NCBI GenBank assembly: GCA_963663545.1
Contig: OY760505.1
Coordinates: 1,152,001 to 1,216,000, forward strand
Origin: Candidatus Delongbacteria bacterium
GTDB taxonomy: Bacteria > CAIWAD01
DNA length: 64,000 bases
Direction: 5' to 3'
Shown here: positions 19,989 through 29,593 of the stretch, piece by piece
How the letters are laid out: every line of letters begins with the position of its first letter
How positions within the stretch are numbered: position 1 is the first letter of the stretch
Made by a program: the position numbers and the translations under genes
The notes under the pieces: generated by a model
Database searches by the model: none
The model's input: the letters and a program-made list of their open reading frames with translations, nothing else
What the model was told of the DNA's origin: nothing

Positions 19989-21088
19989 CTGGCAGGTACT
20001 TCCAACTGAACAAAGGGGACAGGAATCACGCGCGCCTTCAAACGGCGTCCGCGCACTTCCACATCAAACTCGCTGCCCTCTTCGCAATAAGGCGGCTTCA
20101 GGTAGACCATGCCCACCGGCTTGCCCAACATTGGACTCATGACTCCGGAGGTCACCACGCCCACCTTCTCGTCGCCAACATAGCAGTCATAGCCGTGGCG
20201 CGGAATGCCGCGATCCAGCAGTTCGAAGCCCACCAGCAGACGGTCCACGCCTTCCTTCAGGTGGCGCAGCACAACTTCCTTGCCCAGAAAATCCGCCTTT
20301 TTCTTCTGCTTGGTGATCCAGGCCAGATTGGCCTCGATGGTGCTGGTGGTCATATCAATGTCGTTGCCGTACAGGGCGAACTTCATCTCGAGACGCAGAC
20401 TATCGCGAGCACCCAGGCCAATGGGCTTCAGCCAGCCTTCGCCCTTGGCGAAAAGCAGGTCCCACAGGCGCAGCGCGTCCTCGTTACGCACGTAGAGCTC
20501 AAAACCGCGCTCACCCGTGTAGCCGGTGCGGGCGATGATCAGCGGGATTCCCTGCAGGCTGCCCTGAAACAGGAAATTGTAGTAGGCCATTTCGCTGATG
20601 TCCTGGTCGGCCAGCTCGACGACGAGCTTGTAGGCGTCCTTGCCCTGCACGGCCAGCAGACTGAACTCGTCACTGCGGTCCACCAGCTGCACGTCACCCT
20701 CGAGGTGCGAAGTCAGCCAGTCGTAGTCCTTGTGCCGGTTGGAGGCATTGACCACCAACATGAAATGCGTCTCGTCAATGCGATGTACCAGCAGGTCGTC
20801 CACGATGCCGCCTTCAGGCGTCATCAGGGCGCTGTACTGCACTTGACCGTCCACAAGTTTGGCGACATTGTTGACGGTCATCTTGTTCAAGAAGGCCTCG
20901 GCGTCGGAACCGCTGACGAAAAATTCGCCCATGTGGCTGACGTCAAACACGCCGCCGCGATCGCGAACCGCTTTGTGCTCTTCAACGATGGAAGTGTAAT
21001 GGGTCGGCATGCGGAATCCCGCAAACTCGACCATGTGGCCGCCTGCCGAAACGTGACGCTCGTACAGGGCTGTATTCTGAACGGTCAT
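19985..21088 (-). CDS. gcvT: Glycine cleavage aminomethyltransferase T
   Basis: FDVSHMGE, RTGYTGERGFE, GLGARDSLRLE. Confidence 0.97.
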   Translation of the reverse strand: MTVQNTALYERHVSAGGHMVEFAGFRMPTHYTSIVEEHKAVRDRGGVFDVSHMGEFFVSGSDAEAFLNKMTVNNVAKLVDGQVQYSALMTPEGGIVDDLLVHRIDETHFMLVVNASNRHKDYDWLTSHLEGDVQLVDRSDEFSLLAVQGKDAYKLVVELADQDISEMAYYNFLFQGSLQGIPLIIARTGYTGERGFELYVRNEDALRLWDLLFAKGEGWLKPIGLGARDSLRLEMKFALYGNDIDMTTSTIEANLAWITKQKKKADFLGKEVVLRHLKEGVDRLLVGFELLDRGIPRHGYDCYVGDEKVGVVTSGVMSPMLGKPVGMVYLKPPYCEEGSEFDVEVRGRRLKARVIPVPFVQLEVPAR

Positions 21089-21206
21089 GCGAACCTCAGG
21101 ATGAAAATGAGTGAGATCATTAGAGGACCAAGCGAATCAATGTAACATGAACAGACGCAATTCGCAGAGCAAGGCCCGACGCGCGAGTCCGTACTATATT
21201 GGAAGC

Positions 21207-22550
21207 ATGAAGCCGATTGTCCTCATCCTGATGCTGCTCTGCGCCTGTCTGCAACTGGTTGCGCAAACGCGACTGCAGGAGACTACCGGCAAGCTCGACA
21301 GCCTCGAGCAGGCAATGGATCAGCTCAGACAGCGCGTCACACAGCTCGACAGTGACGCAGCCCGGCAGCGTGCGGACCTGAATCAGTTGCAGCAGCGGCT
21401 TTCGGCCAATCAGCAGCTTATGCAGCAACTCGCCCACGAACAGCTTCTGCTAACGCAGCGCACGGGCGAACAGGAAAACCTGCTTGCGGAAACCGCTAAT
21501 CGCCTTGAATCCCTCGAAAGGCGCGAGGAGCGCAGCCGTGACGCCCAGTTCAGTCTGCGCACCGAGACCGCCACCATCGTCCGCGACCTCTACGCCCAGC
21601 GCCACAACGACCCGCTCTATTGGCTTTTAAGCGCACCCAGCGCCAAGGACGCCCTCAGACGCGCGCGCCTATTCCCTTGGTTCCTGAAGGGACTGCGCCG
21701 TCGCCTGAACAGCCTGGACAGCCTACAGACGGAAATTCATGATCTGCAAAATCGTGCCTTGGCTGAGCGTGCTTTGCAGGAGCGCACCCTGGCCGCGCTG
21801 GCCCGCAGCCGCAGCGCCAACGAACGAAGCCGTAATGAGAGTCACGAACGCGCAGCGGACCTGGCCAACGCGCGCGCAGCCGTGGACCGCGAACTGAGTT
21901 CGCTGTTGGCAGATCGCAAACGCGCAGAGGCCCGAAGTGCAGAACTAAGTGCCGCCGGTGAGCGTGTGGCTATGTTGCTGCAAGAGCTGCGTGATACATG
22001 GGAAGCGCGCGAAGAACAACGGCGACAAGAGGACCAGCGTCTGAGCGACATCGATCAACGTCTCTCCGGCTCCAGGTCTTCCACAGCGGGTTCTGGCCAA
22101 CGCACAAATAGCGCGACACCGACGGCAGAGATTCAATCAGGAAGCGGACTGGCTACCCTTCGCGGTAAGCTGGGCCGTCCTGTTGAGGGCCGCTTGAGCC
22201 AGGCCTGGGGTATGGTGCGCAACAACACGCTGGGCACCACCACCGATAATCCCGGCACCGATTACGCCTGCACGCCTGGCGCGCCGGTCAGCGCCGTAGC
22301 TGCGGGTGAAGTTGCGCGTATCACATGGATTCCAGGCTACGGCAACACGCTGCTCTTGAATCACGGCAAAGGCTACTACACCGTCTACGCCAAACTCGAG
22401 AGCGTGCAGGTGGCCGAAGGCCAAAAGGTTCAAAGCGGCTCCTCGCTGGGGCGTGCGGGCACCTTCGACCGCCCGGGCGAGGGCAGTCTGCACTTCGAAC
22501 TCTGGCAGGACGGGCAGCACCGGAACCCCGAAGACTGGTTCGCGCGCTGA
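21207..22550 (+). CDS. EnvC-like murein hydrolase activator (coiled coil + M23)
   Basis: Signal peptide, long coiled coil, degenerate M23 (NPGTD, YYTVYAKL, LHFE). Confidence 0.88.
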   Translation: MKPIVLILMLLCACLQLVAQTRLQETTGKLDSLEQAMDQLRQRVTQLDSDAARQRADLNQLQQRLSANQQLMQQLAHEQLLLTQRTGEQENLLAETANRLESLERREERSRDAQFSLRTETATIVRDLYAQRHNDPLYWLLSAPSAKDALRRARLFPWFLKGLRRRLNSLDSLQTEIHDLQNRALAERALQERTLAALARSRSANERSRNESHERAADLANARAAVDRELSSLLADRKRAEARSAELSAAGERVAMLLQELRDTWEAREEQRRQEDQRLSDIDQRLSGSRSSTAGSGQRTNSATPTAEIQSGSGLATLRGKLGRPVEGRLSQAWGMVRNNTLGTTTDNPGTDYACTPGAPVSAVAAGEVARITWIPGYGNTLLLNHGKGYYTVYAKLESVQVAEGQKVQSGSSLGRAGTFDRPGEGSLHFELWQDGQHRNPEDWFAR

Positions 22551-22624
22551 GCTTTTCGCACCTCAAGCCGCAATTCGCCCGGCCCGGCGGATTCCTTTTT
22601 GATGCGCTTCCTTACCTTTAGTGC

Positions 22625-23761
22625 ATGCGTGCGTTCCAGAATCTAATCGGTCAACAGCATTTGCGCATGATCCTCACGCGGGGTCAGCAGCGCGCTCAGC
22701 TTGCCCACGCCTATCTCCTGCATGGAGAGGACGGCCTGGGCATGAGTGCGGCTGCGGTGGACTTTGCCCGGCTTGTGCTCTGCGAAAGTGAAGGCGAGCG
22801 GCCATGCGGCCAGTGCGCCTCGTGTCGTAAAAATGAGCGTCTGGATCACCCCGATCTGCGCATTGTAATGCCGCTGCCCACACCTCCCTCGGCGAGCGAG
22901 GACGAGGATCCCGCCGCGCATTTCGCCGAGCAGGTCAACGCCGAACTCGCACGTCTGGCCGCCGACGCCTGGCACCGTGTCTCCGTAGCTGGAGCTCGAC
23001 AGATTCTTGTAGCACAGGCGCGGCACCTGAAGCGCTGGGCCAGCTTGCGCAGCTTTGAAGGCCGTGGCCGCGTGGCCATCCTGCTGGATGCCGAGCGCAT
23101 GGGCGCCCAGGCGCAGAACGCTTTGCTGAAACTGCTGGAGGAGCCGCCCGACGGTCTCCTGCTACTTCTCTGCACCAGTGCACCCGAAGCCCTGCTGCCT
23201 ACCATTCTCAGCCGCTGTCAGCAGCTTCGTCTACAGCCCGTAGACGAGCATGAGCTGGTGGACGCCCTGGCTGCGCGATATCCAGAGCGTAAAGCCGAGG
23301 AGCTGAAGCAGGTGGCGCGTCAGGCCAGCGGCAATCCGGGTCGCGCTATCTCCCTGTTGCAAGAGGACGCTGGCGACGATGAACACGACGCCGCTGCTTT
23401 TTTGCGTGATACATTGCGTGCTGATCCGGGGCCGCTCTATCAGCGCATTTCCACTCTGGAAGCACGCAAGGATCGTCTGCTGGTTCGCGATTTGATTCGA
23501 GACCTGCAAAGCTGGCTGCAAGATATCGAGCTGATTCAAACCTGCCCCGGCAGGGCTGAAGAGCTGGTACGCAACCTGCATCAATTGGAAGCCCTCGTGC
23601 GATTTGCCGAGCGCTTTGAAGTTCGCGACCTGGACGGGCTGGCCGGGGAACTCTCGCGCCTGGCCTATCTGACGGAGCGAAATCTGCACCTCTTCATTCT
23701 GCTGACCCAAGTGGCAATAAAGCTGCGGTCGGCCATTCAAGCCCGGAGAGCAACAGCATGA
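22625..23761 (+). CDS. holB: DNA polymerase III subunit delta'
   Basis: AHAYLLHG, C..C..SC zinc site, HPD, NALLKLLEEPP, TILSRC. Confidence 0.93.
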   Translation: MRAFQNLIGQQHLRMILTRGQQRAQLAHAYLLHGEDGLGMSAAAVDFARLVLCESEGERPCGQCASCRKNERLDHPDLRIVMPLPTPPSASEDEDPAAHFAEQVNAELARLAADAWHRVSVAGARQILVAQARHLKRWASLRSFEGRGRVAILLDAERMGAQAQNALLKLLEEPPDGLLLLLCTSAPEALLPTILSRCQQLRLQPVDEHELVDALAARYPERKAEELKQVARQASGNPGRAISLLQEDAGDDEHDAAAFLRDTLRADPGPLYQRISTLEARKDRLLVRDLIRDLQSWLQDIELIQTCPGRAEELVRNLHQLEALVRFAERFEVRDLDGLAGELSRLAYLTERNLHLFILLTQVAIKLRSAIQARRATA

Positions 23762-24993
23762 AATACCTTGAAGTCCAGTTCAAGGGCAACCGCCGTGTCA
23801 CCTTCACCAACCCCAGTCTCTTTCCTGTAAAGCTGGGCGATCTAGTGGTGGTTGTGGCCGAAAAGGGTGAGGACCTGGGACGCGTAGTCCAGATCACCGA
23901 CGTGGATCGTATCACGGATGAAGAAGAGCGCCACAACGTCTCCTCCATTCTTCGCAAGGCCGGTCCACACGATTTTCAGCGTCAGCGCCGCAACCAGCAG
24001 AAAGAAGAGCGCGCCGAGGAAGTGTGCCGTCGCATGATTCAGACGCATCATCTGCCCATGAAGCTGATCAACGTTGAGTACCAGCTCGACGGGCGCAAAG
24101 TCACCTTCTTCTTTACCGCCGAAGGCCGCGTGGATTTTCGCGATCTGGTGAAAGATCTGGCTGGCGAGCTGCGCACGCGCATTGACCTGCGACAAATCGG
24201 CGCTCGCGACGAAGCGCGTAAATTCGGCGGCTTCGGCCCCTGCGGACAGCGCCAGTGCTGCAGCGGGTGGCTGTCGCGTTTTGATCCCGTGACCACTTCC
24301 ATGGCCAAGGAACAGAACCTGCCTTTGAATCCCACCAAGCTCTCGGGCAATTGCGGCCGGCTGAAATGCTGCCTGCGCTACGAGCTGGAATTCTATCGCG
24401 AGGAACTCTCCCAGTATCCGCCGGTGGACAAGCTGCTGAAAACCATCAAGGGCGCAGCGCGCATCGACAAGGTGGACATCTTCGCGGGCGAAGTGCTCAT
24501 TCGTTATCAAACAGGTGAAATTGAGACCCTGAGCCACGAGCAACTCGCCTACATCATGGATCTGGAGAACGCGCCCGTCTGCACAGCCGCAGAGATGCCT
24601 CAGCCAGGTGCGGGCCGGGAAGACATGCCACCACGCTACGCGCGTCCGAGCAGGGATACTGAACCTGCTGATTCCGAAACCGAGTCGCAGGGCGTGACAC
24701 AAGAAGAGGATTCGCCATCTGAAGAAGCGCCCCGTGAACGAAGTGAGTCTCGCCGGAGCAGCTCGGAAGACCGACGTCACAGAGAGCGTCGCACACGCAG
24801 CGAGACCAACCCGGACGAGCGCCGTCGCGAAGAACGCCGTGATACAGCGCGACGATCAGACATTCCGGAGCGCAGAGCCGACGCCGACAACGCGGACGGT
24901 GACGATGCGCAGAAGAAGCGTCGTCGCGGACGTCGAGGTGGCCGCCGTAATCGGGCTCGCCGCGAAGGCGAAGCTCCGGCACAGGACGAATAG
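23758..24993 (+). CDS. PSP1/YaaT (RicT) family protein with disordered basic tail
   Basis: RVDFRDLVKDL, RQIGARDEA, GPCG..CC, KLSGNCGRLKCCLRYE. Confidence 0.93.
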   Translation: MKYLEVQFKGNRRVTFTNPSLFPVKLGDLVVVVAEKGEDLGRVVQITDVDRITDEEERHNVSSILRKAGPHDFQRQRRNQQKEERAEEVCRRMIQTHHLPMKLINVEYQLDGRKVTFFFTAEGRVDFRDLVKDLAGELRTRIDLRQIGARDEARKFGGFGPCGQRQCCSGWLSRFDPVTTSMAKEQNLPLNPTKLSGNCGRLKCCLRYELEFYREELSQYPPVDKLLKTIKGAARIDKVDIFAGEVLIRYQTGEIETLSHEQLAYIMDLENAPVCTAAEMPQPGAGREDMPPRYARPSRDTEPADSETESQGVTQEEDSPSEEAPRERSESRRSSSEDRRHRERRTRSETNPDERRREERRDTARRSDIPERRADADNADGDDAQKKRRRGRRGGRRNRARREGEAPAQDE

Positions 24994-25043
24994 ACGCTGT
25001 ATCACGAGGCTGATAGCGCATTTTCGTGATACAAATGGAGCAT

Positions 25044-25069
25044 AAAAGCCCCGCCGAAGCGGGGCTTTT
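25044..25069. terminator. Bidirectional terminator
   Basis: AAAAGCCCCGC-cgaa-GCGGGGCTTTT between convergent genes. Confidence 0.85.
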
Positions 25070-25088
25070 GTTTGGATCGGGTTCACAC

Positions 25089-27380
25089 CTAGAAGGTAAA
25101 GGAGCCGAGCGCCGAGGAAATGCGCAGGGCCGATTCACCCACTTCTACGCTGGAGCGCCGTGTATCCGTGGCACTCTGCTCGCTGCGCTCAGCGACATGG
25201 ACCACTTCTTCAGTTGAAGCCGCGATCTCGTTGGCTGCAGCGGCTGCAGTGTGCAGACTGTGGCCAATCTCAACCGTGGTCGCCGACTGCTCTTCCACTG
25301 CGGCAGCGATGGTGCTCTGCACCTCGTCCACCTGCTTAATGATCACACGAATGCGCTCGACCGCGTCGGTGGCACGTAGCATATCCTCACGAATCTGCGT
25401 GATCTTGGTCGAAATTGATCCGGTCGCTTCGCCGGTATTGCCCGCCAGCTCCTTGACCTCGTTGGCCACTACGGCAAAGCCCTTGCCCGCCTCTCCGGCG
25501 CGCGCGGCCTCGATGGTAGCGTTCAGGGCCAGCAGGTTGGTTTGCTCGGCAATCTCGCTGATTACCTGCACCACGCTGCCAATCTCATCACTGCTGCGCT
25601 TGAGCTGGTCAATTGCCGCGCTGGTCTCCTGGACAATGCCCACGGCTTCACGCGCAATGCCCGCACCCCTTGCTGCGTTCTCGGAAACCTCGCGAATGGA
25701 GACACCCATTTCCTCAGTTGCGCCAGCAACCGAGTGCACGCTTTCGTTCAGCGAGCGCGTCGTCTCGGCCACGCCGTTCACCTGCTGCAGCGTCTCGGCA
25801 GACTGCTCCTGCACCGTTCCCGCAATGGCATCCAGACTTCCCGCCGATTCGGTGAGGCGCGAAGTTTCCTCAGCGATCTGCAGCATCATGCCGCGAATCT
25901 GGCTGACAGCTTTTGAAATCCCCACATGAACCCGGCCAATGGCATCATCGCGTTCCGCTACCAGTTTGATGGTCAAATCACCGGCGGCAAAGCGATCCAT
26001 AGCGGCCACGAGATTGGTCGCACTCTTCTCCAGATAGCTCTGCTGCTCCGTCATCTCATTCATGTTCTTCTGGATGTTGGTGATCATCGCTGCGAAGGCG
26101 GTTGTGAGTTGCACAGCTTCAAAATTGCCCGTAGTGCGAATCTGGTGCAGCCGATGCTCCTGCTCCAGATCGCCATCGGCTACCTTGCGGGCTACCTCGG
26201 CCAGCTGCTCCATCGGGCGCGCGATGCGTCCACCCTGCAGACGCGAAATCACCAGGACAACGACAATCAAGGCCGCACCCAGGAGCATGGCAATGATCAG
26301 CAAATGATCAATGGAATCATGAGCAATGGTCGCCGCCTGCACGAAATCCTCGCTGTAGCCGACCGTGACAATCACCCAGTCCCAGGCTTCGAAATACGTG
26401 GCCGAAATCAAACGCTTGGACATGGCGCCTTGCGGCGTCACTTCCATAGAAATAGCGGTACCTGCATCTTCAGCTATAGCACGCTCGATTACCTGCGCGT
26501 AGTACGCCTGACCTGACGTGTCCTTCTCGCCCAGCAGGTCTTCGCCATCGAGCTTGTTATCGGTGGAAATCAGGCACTTGCCCTTCTGGTCACCGCTACC
26601 GCCAAGCACCAGTACCGTGCCGCGTTCGCCGACACGGGTCTCGTTGATGGCCGTTCGCAATGAGGCCACGGCTTCGTGCGGCACACCCACGTACAGGATG
26701 CCCGATACTTCGCCATTGGTGTACATGGGCTCGTAAACCGTAGCGTACCAACGATTCACGACAAAAGCGCGACCGCGATAGGTGCGACCAGCCAGCACTT
26801 CGCTGACAACGGGATTTGGCTTGCCGTCAGGGTTGACGGCGGGAATGTAGGTTCCCGTAGCGCGAGTGCCGTCGAGCTTCTTGACGCTGGTGGCCACGCG
26901 CAGCATGTCGCCCTCTTCGTTCATGCGCTGAAAGACCGTCACCGTGCCGCCAACCAGCTCGGTAACCAAGTCGACGAACTCGGAGCGCTCGTCAAAGCTC
27001 TTACTCAGGCTTACCGGCTCGCCGCCTACAACCAAGGTCGGTAGCGCTAGCTGCGTCTCGGTATTGGTGTATTGGTTGATAGCATTCCAGTTGAGGGTGC
27101 TGTTGGCGGAGCGGAGCGCACCGCCGTTCTCCTCCAACAGGTGGCTCGCAACCTGCAGGTTGCTCTCCACCTGCATCTCGACCAACGAAGCCGCCGTGTT
27201 GGTAAGTCCCCATACGTCTCTGCAGGTCTGGCGGACGAATTCCGTCGCCGTGGACCGGGCTGCGCTGTCTACTTTCTCTTCGACGCCCTTGGAGCCCAGG
27301 TTGAAAACGATCAGCAGACAGAAGGCAGGTACCAATCCTGCGCTCAGTGCGAGAACCATGATTTTGTTGCTTAACCGCAT
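25089..27380 (-). CDS. Methyl-accepting chemotaxis protein (Cache sensor, HAMP)
   Basis: Two TMs, [19 protein letters not shown] Cache domain, [40 protein letters not shown] 27380 after GGAGG. Confidence 0.95.
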   Translation of the reverse strand: MRLSNKIMVLALSAGLVPAFCLLIVFNLGSKGVEEKVDSAARSTATEFVRQTCRDVWGLTNTAASLVEMQVESNLQVASHLLEENGGALRSANSTLNWNAINQYTNTETQLALPTLVVGGEPVSLSKSFDERSEFVDLVTELVGGTVTVFQRMNEEGDMLRVATSVKKLDGTRATGTYIPAVNPDGKPNPVVSEVLAGRTYRGRAFVVNRWYATVYEPMYTNGEVSGILYVGVPHEAVASLRTAINETRVGERGTVLVLGGSGDQKGKCLISTDNKLDGEDLLGEKDTSGQAYYAQVIERAIAEDAGTAISMEVTPQGAMSKRLISATYFEAWDWVIVTVGYSEDFVQAATIAHDSIDHLLIIAMLLGAALIVVVLVISRLQGGRIARPMEQLAEVARKVADGDLEQEHRLHQIRTTGNFEAVQLTTAFAAMITNIQKNMNEMTEQQSYLEKSATNLVAAMDRFAAGDLTIKLVAERDDAIGRVHVGISKAVSQIRGMMLQIAEETSRLTESAGSLDAIAGTVQEQSAETLQQVNGVAETTRSLNESVHSVAGATEEMGVSIREVSENAARGAGIAREAVGIVQETSAAIDQLKRSSDEIGSVVQVISEIAEQTNLLALNATIEAARAGEAGKGFAVVANEVKELAGNTGEATGSISTKITQIREDMLRATDAVERIRVIIKQVDEVQSTIAAAVEEQSATTVEIGHSLHTAAAAANEIAASTEEVVHVAERSEQSATDTRRSSVEVGESALRISSALGSFTF

Positions 27381-27505
27381 GTATTCCTCCACGAACTATG
27401 ATCTCACCGAAACCTATCGGTATTTCTCATTGTGATCCAAAGGCCCCCGCGAGTTTTCTTACATTGGCGCCTCGTTTTCGCCTTCGACCGAGTTAAGGAG
27501 TCCGC

Positions 27506-29413
27506 ATGAGCAAGTTCTACCTCACCACGCCGATCTATTACGTCAACTCCGACCTGCATCTGGGCCACGCCTACACCACTGTGCTGGCGGACGTGTTCAC
27601 CCGCTATCACCGGCTGATGGGCGATGATTGTTTCATGATGACGGGCGTAGACGAGCACGGCCAGAAAGTGCTGGAAGCCGCCAACAAGCTGGGCACGGAC
27701 CCCCAGGCACACTGCGACGAAATGGCCGCACGCTTCAAGGATCTCTGGGTCAAGCTGAACATTCGCTACGAACATTTCATGCGGACCACGGACGCCGATC
27801 ACGTGCGCAACGTGAAGCACGCTCTGACCTTGCTGCACGACGCTGGCGACCTGTATTCCAATGAATACGAGGGCCTCTACTGCACGCCCTGCGAGCGCTA
27901 CTTCACCGAGAAAGACCTGGTGGACGGCAAGTGCCCGCTCTGCGATCGCGAAGTGGAAGTGCTCAAGGAACGCAACTGGTTCTTTCGCATGTCGAAGTAC
28001 CAGGACTGGCTGATCCAATACATCGAAGAGCACCCCGATTTCATCCAGCCGGCCTTCCGGCGCAATGAGGTGCTGGGCTTTCTGCAACAGCCGCTGCGGG
28101 ATCTGTGCATCAGCCGCCTGAAAGAGCGCATGAGCTGGGGCATCGAGTTGCCCTTTGACAAGGACTACGTGTGCTACGTCTGGGTGGACGCGCTGCTGAA
28201 CTACGTCACCGGAGTGGGCTGGGCCGACGACCCGCAAAAATTCCAGCAGTGGTGGCCCGCCAGCAAGCATCTGCTGGCCAAGGATATTCTGACCACCCAC
28301 TGTGTCTACTGGACCACTCTGCTGAAAGCGCTTGGTCTGCCGCTGCCGGAGAGTTTTCTGATCCACGGCTACTGGCTGATCGGCGATCGCAAGATGAGCA
28401 AATCCTTCGGCAACGTGATACGCCCCTTGGAAATGATCGACCTGGCGGGCGTGGACGCATTTCGCTTCTTCCTGATTCGTGACATGATGCCCTGGCATGA
28501 CGCCAGCTTCACGCCGGACGCCTTTGTGCGCCGCGTCAACATGGATCTGGCCAACGACCTGGGCAACATGGTCTCCCGTGTGACAACTCTGGGAGTGAAG
28601 AATTTCGCGGGCAAGCTGCCCCTTGCCTCCGGCACCCACGGCCGTCTGCGCGAGCTCAGTGAAGCTCTGCTGGGCGAATGGCAGGAGCTGGTGCGCGCCA
28701 ACAATCTGCACGGGCTGCTGGAACAGACCTTCGGTCTGCTGCGCGAGTGCAATCAGTTGATGGAGCAGATCGCGCCCTGGAAGCTGGTGCGTAGCGATCG
28801 CGATGCTGCCGGCGCCTTCCTCGCCGACGTAGCCGAGACCCTGCGCCTGGTAGCCTGTCTGCTGGAGCCGGTGATGCCCGAGCGCTGTGCGGAAATCCTG
28901 CGCCGCTTGGGTGTATCACAACAGGTCGGCCTGGCTTCGTTGAAGTGGCAACCCGAAGCCGTCGGCACGCTGGTACATGGCGATCCGGTTTTCCCGCGTA
29001 TCGAAGAGCCCAAAGCGCTGGAAGAAGCGGCGCTGAAGGCGGCTCCCCTGGCGCCTGCCAAGAAGGAGAAGAATATCGATGTGCCGGAAGCAGGCCTGAT
29101 TACCTTTGATGAGTTCGGCAAGGTCAAGCTGATCGCAGCTTGTGTCACGGCTGCGGAGCGCGTCGAGGGTGCGGATCGCTTGCTGCGCCTTCAGGTGGAT
29201 GACGGAGCAGGCGGTCGCCAGATCGTGGCGGGTGTGGCTCAGCACTACAGCCCCGAAGAGATCATCGGCAAACGCATCTGCCTGGTTTCCAACTTGGCTC
29301 CAGCCAAGATTCGCGGTGTCGAAAGCAATGGCATGTTGCTGGCGGCAAAAGCGGGCAAAGCGCTTAGCCTGGTGGATCCGGGCGAAGTGCCCCCCGGCAG
29401 CAGCATCGGATAG
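27506..29413 (+). CDS. metG: Methionine--tRNA ligase with C-terminal tRNA-binding domain
   Basis: TTPIYYVN, HLGH, KMSKS, C-terminal OB domain. Confidence 0.97.
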   Translation: MSKFYLTTPIYYVNSDLHLGHAYTTVLADVFTRYHRLMGDDCFMMTGVDEHGQKVLEAANKLGTDPQAHCDEMAARFKDLWVKLNIRYEHFMRTTDADHVRNVKHALTLLHDAGDLYSNEYEGLYCTPCERYFTEKDLVDGKCPLCDREVEVLKERNWFFRMSKYQDWLIQYIEEHPDFIQPAFRRNEVLGFLQQPLRDLCISRLKERMSWGIELPFDKDYVCYVWVDALLNYVTGVGWADDPQKFQQWWPASKHLLAKDILTTHCVYWTTLLKALGLPLPESFLIHGYWLIGDRKMSKSFGNVIRPLEMIDLAGVDAFRFFLIRDMMPWHDASFTPDAFVRRVNMDLANDLGNMVSRVTTLGVKNFAGKLPLASGTHGRLRELSEALLGEWQELVRANNLHGLLEQTFGLLRECNQLMEQIAPWKLVRSDRDAAGAFLADVAETLRLVACLLEPVMPERCAEILRRLGVSQQVGLASLKWQPEAVGTLVHGDPVFPRIEEPKALEEAALKAAPLAPAKKEKNIDVPEAGLITFDEFGKVKLIAACVTAAERVEGADRLLRLQVDDGAGGRQIVAGVAQHYSPEEIIGKRICLVSNLAPAKIRGVESNGMLLAAKAGKALSLVDPGEVPPGSSIG

Positions 29414-29425
29414 TTCAATCACGAT

Positions 29426-29450
29426 AAGGGGCTCCAGCGGGGCCCCTTTT
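29426..29450 (+). terminator. Terminator after metG
   Basis: AAGGGGCTCC-agc-GGGGCCCCTTTT. Confidence 0.8.
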
Positions 29451-29593
29451 CACTCCACACGCTTTGCGTCTCGGCGACAGAACCGGTTTACAGCCTCGCT
29501 GCGAGAGCATTATTTGCAATTATAACACCATATCTCGCTTGCGAACGCCAATTCGATTCAAGAGCACTGAAGCAAACGCCGATCACAGGCGGT

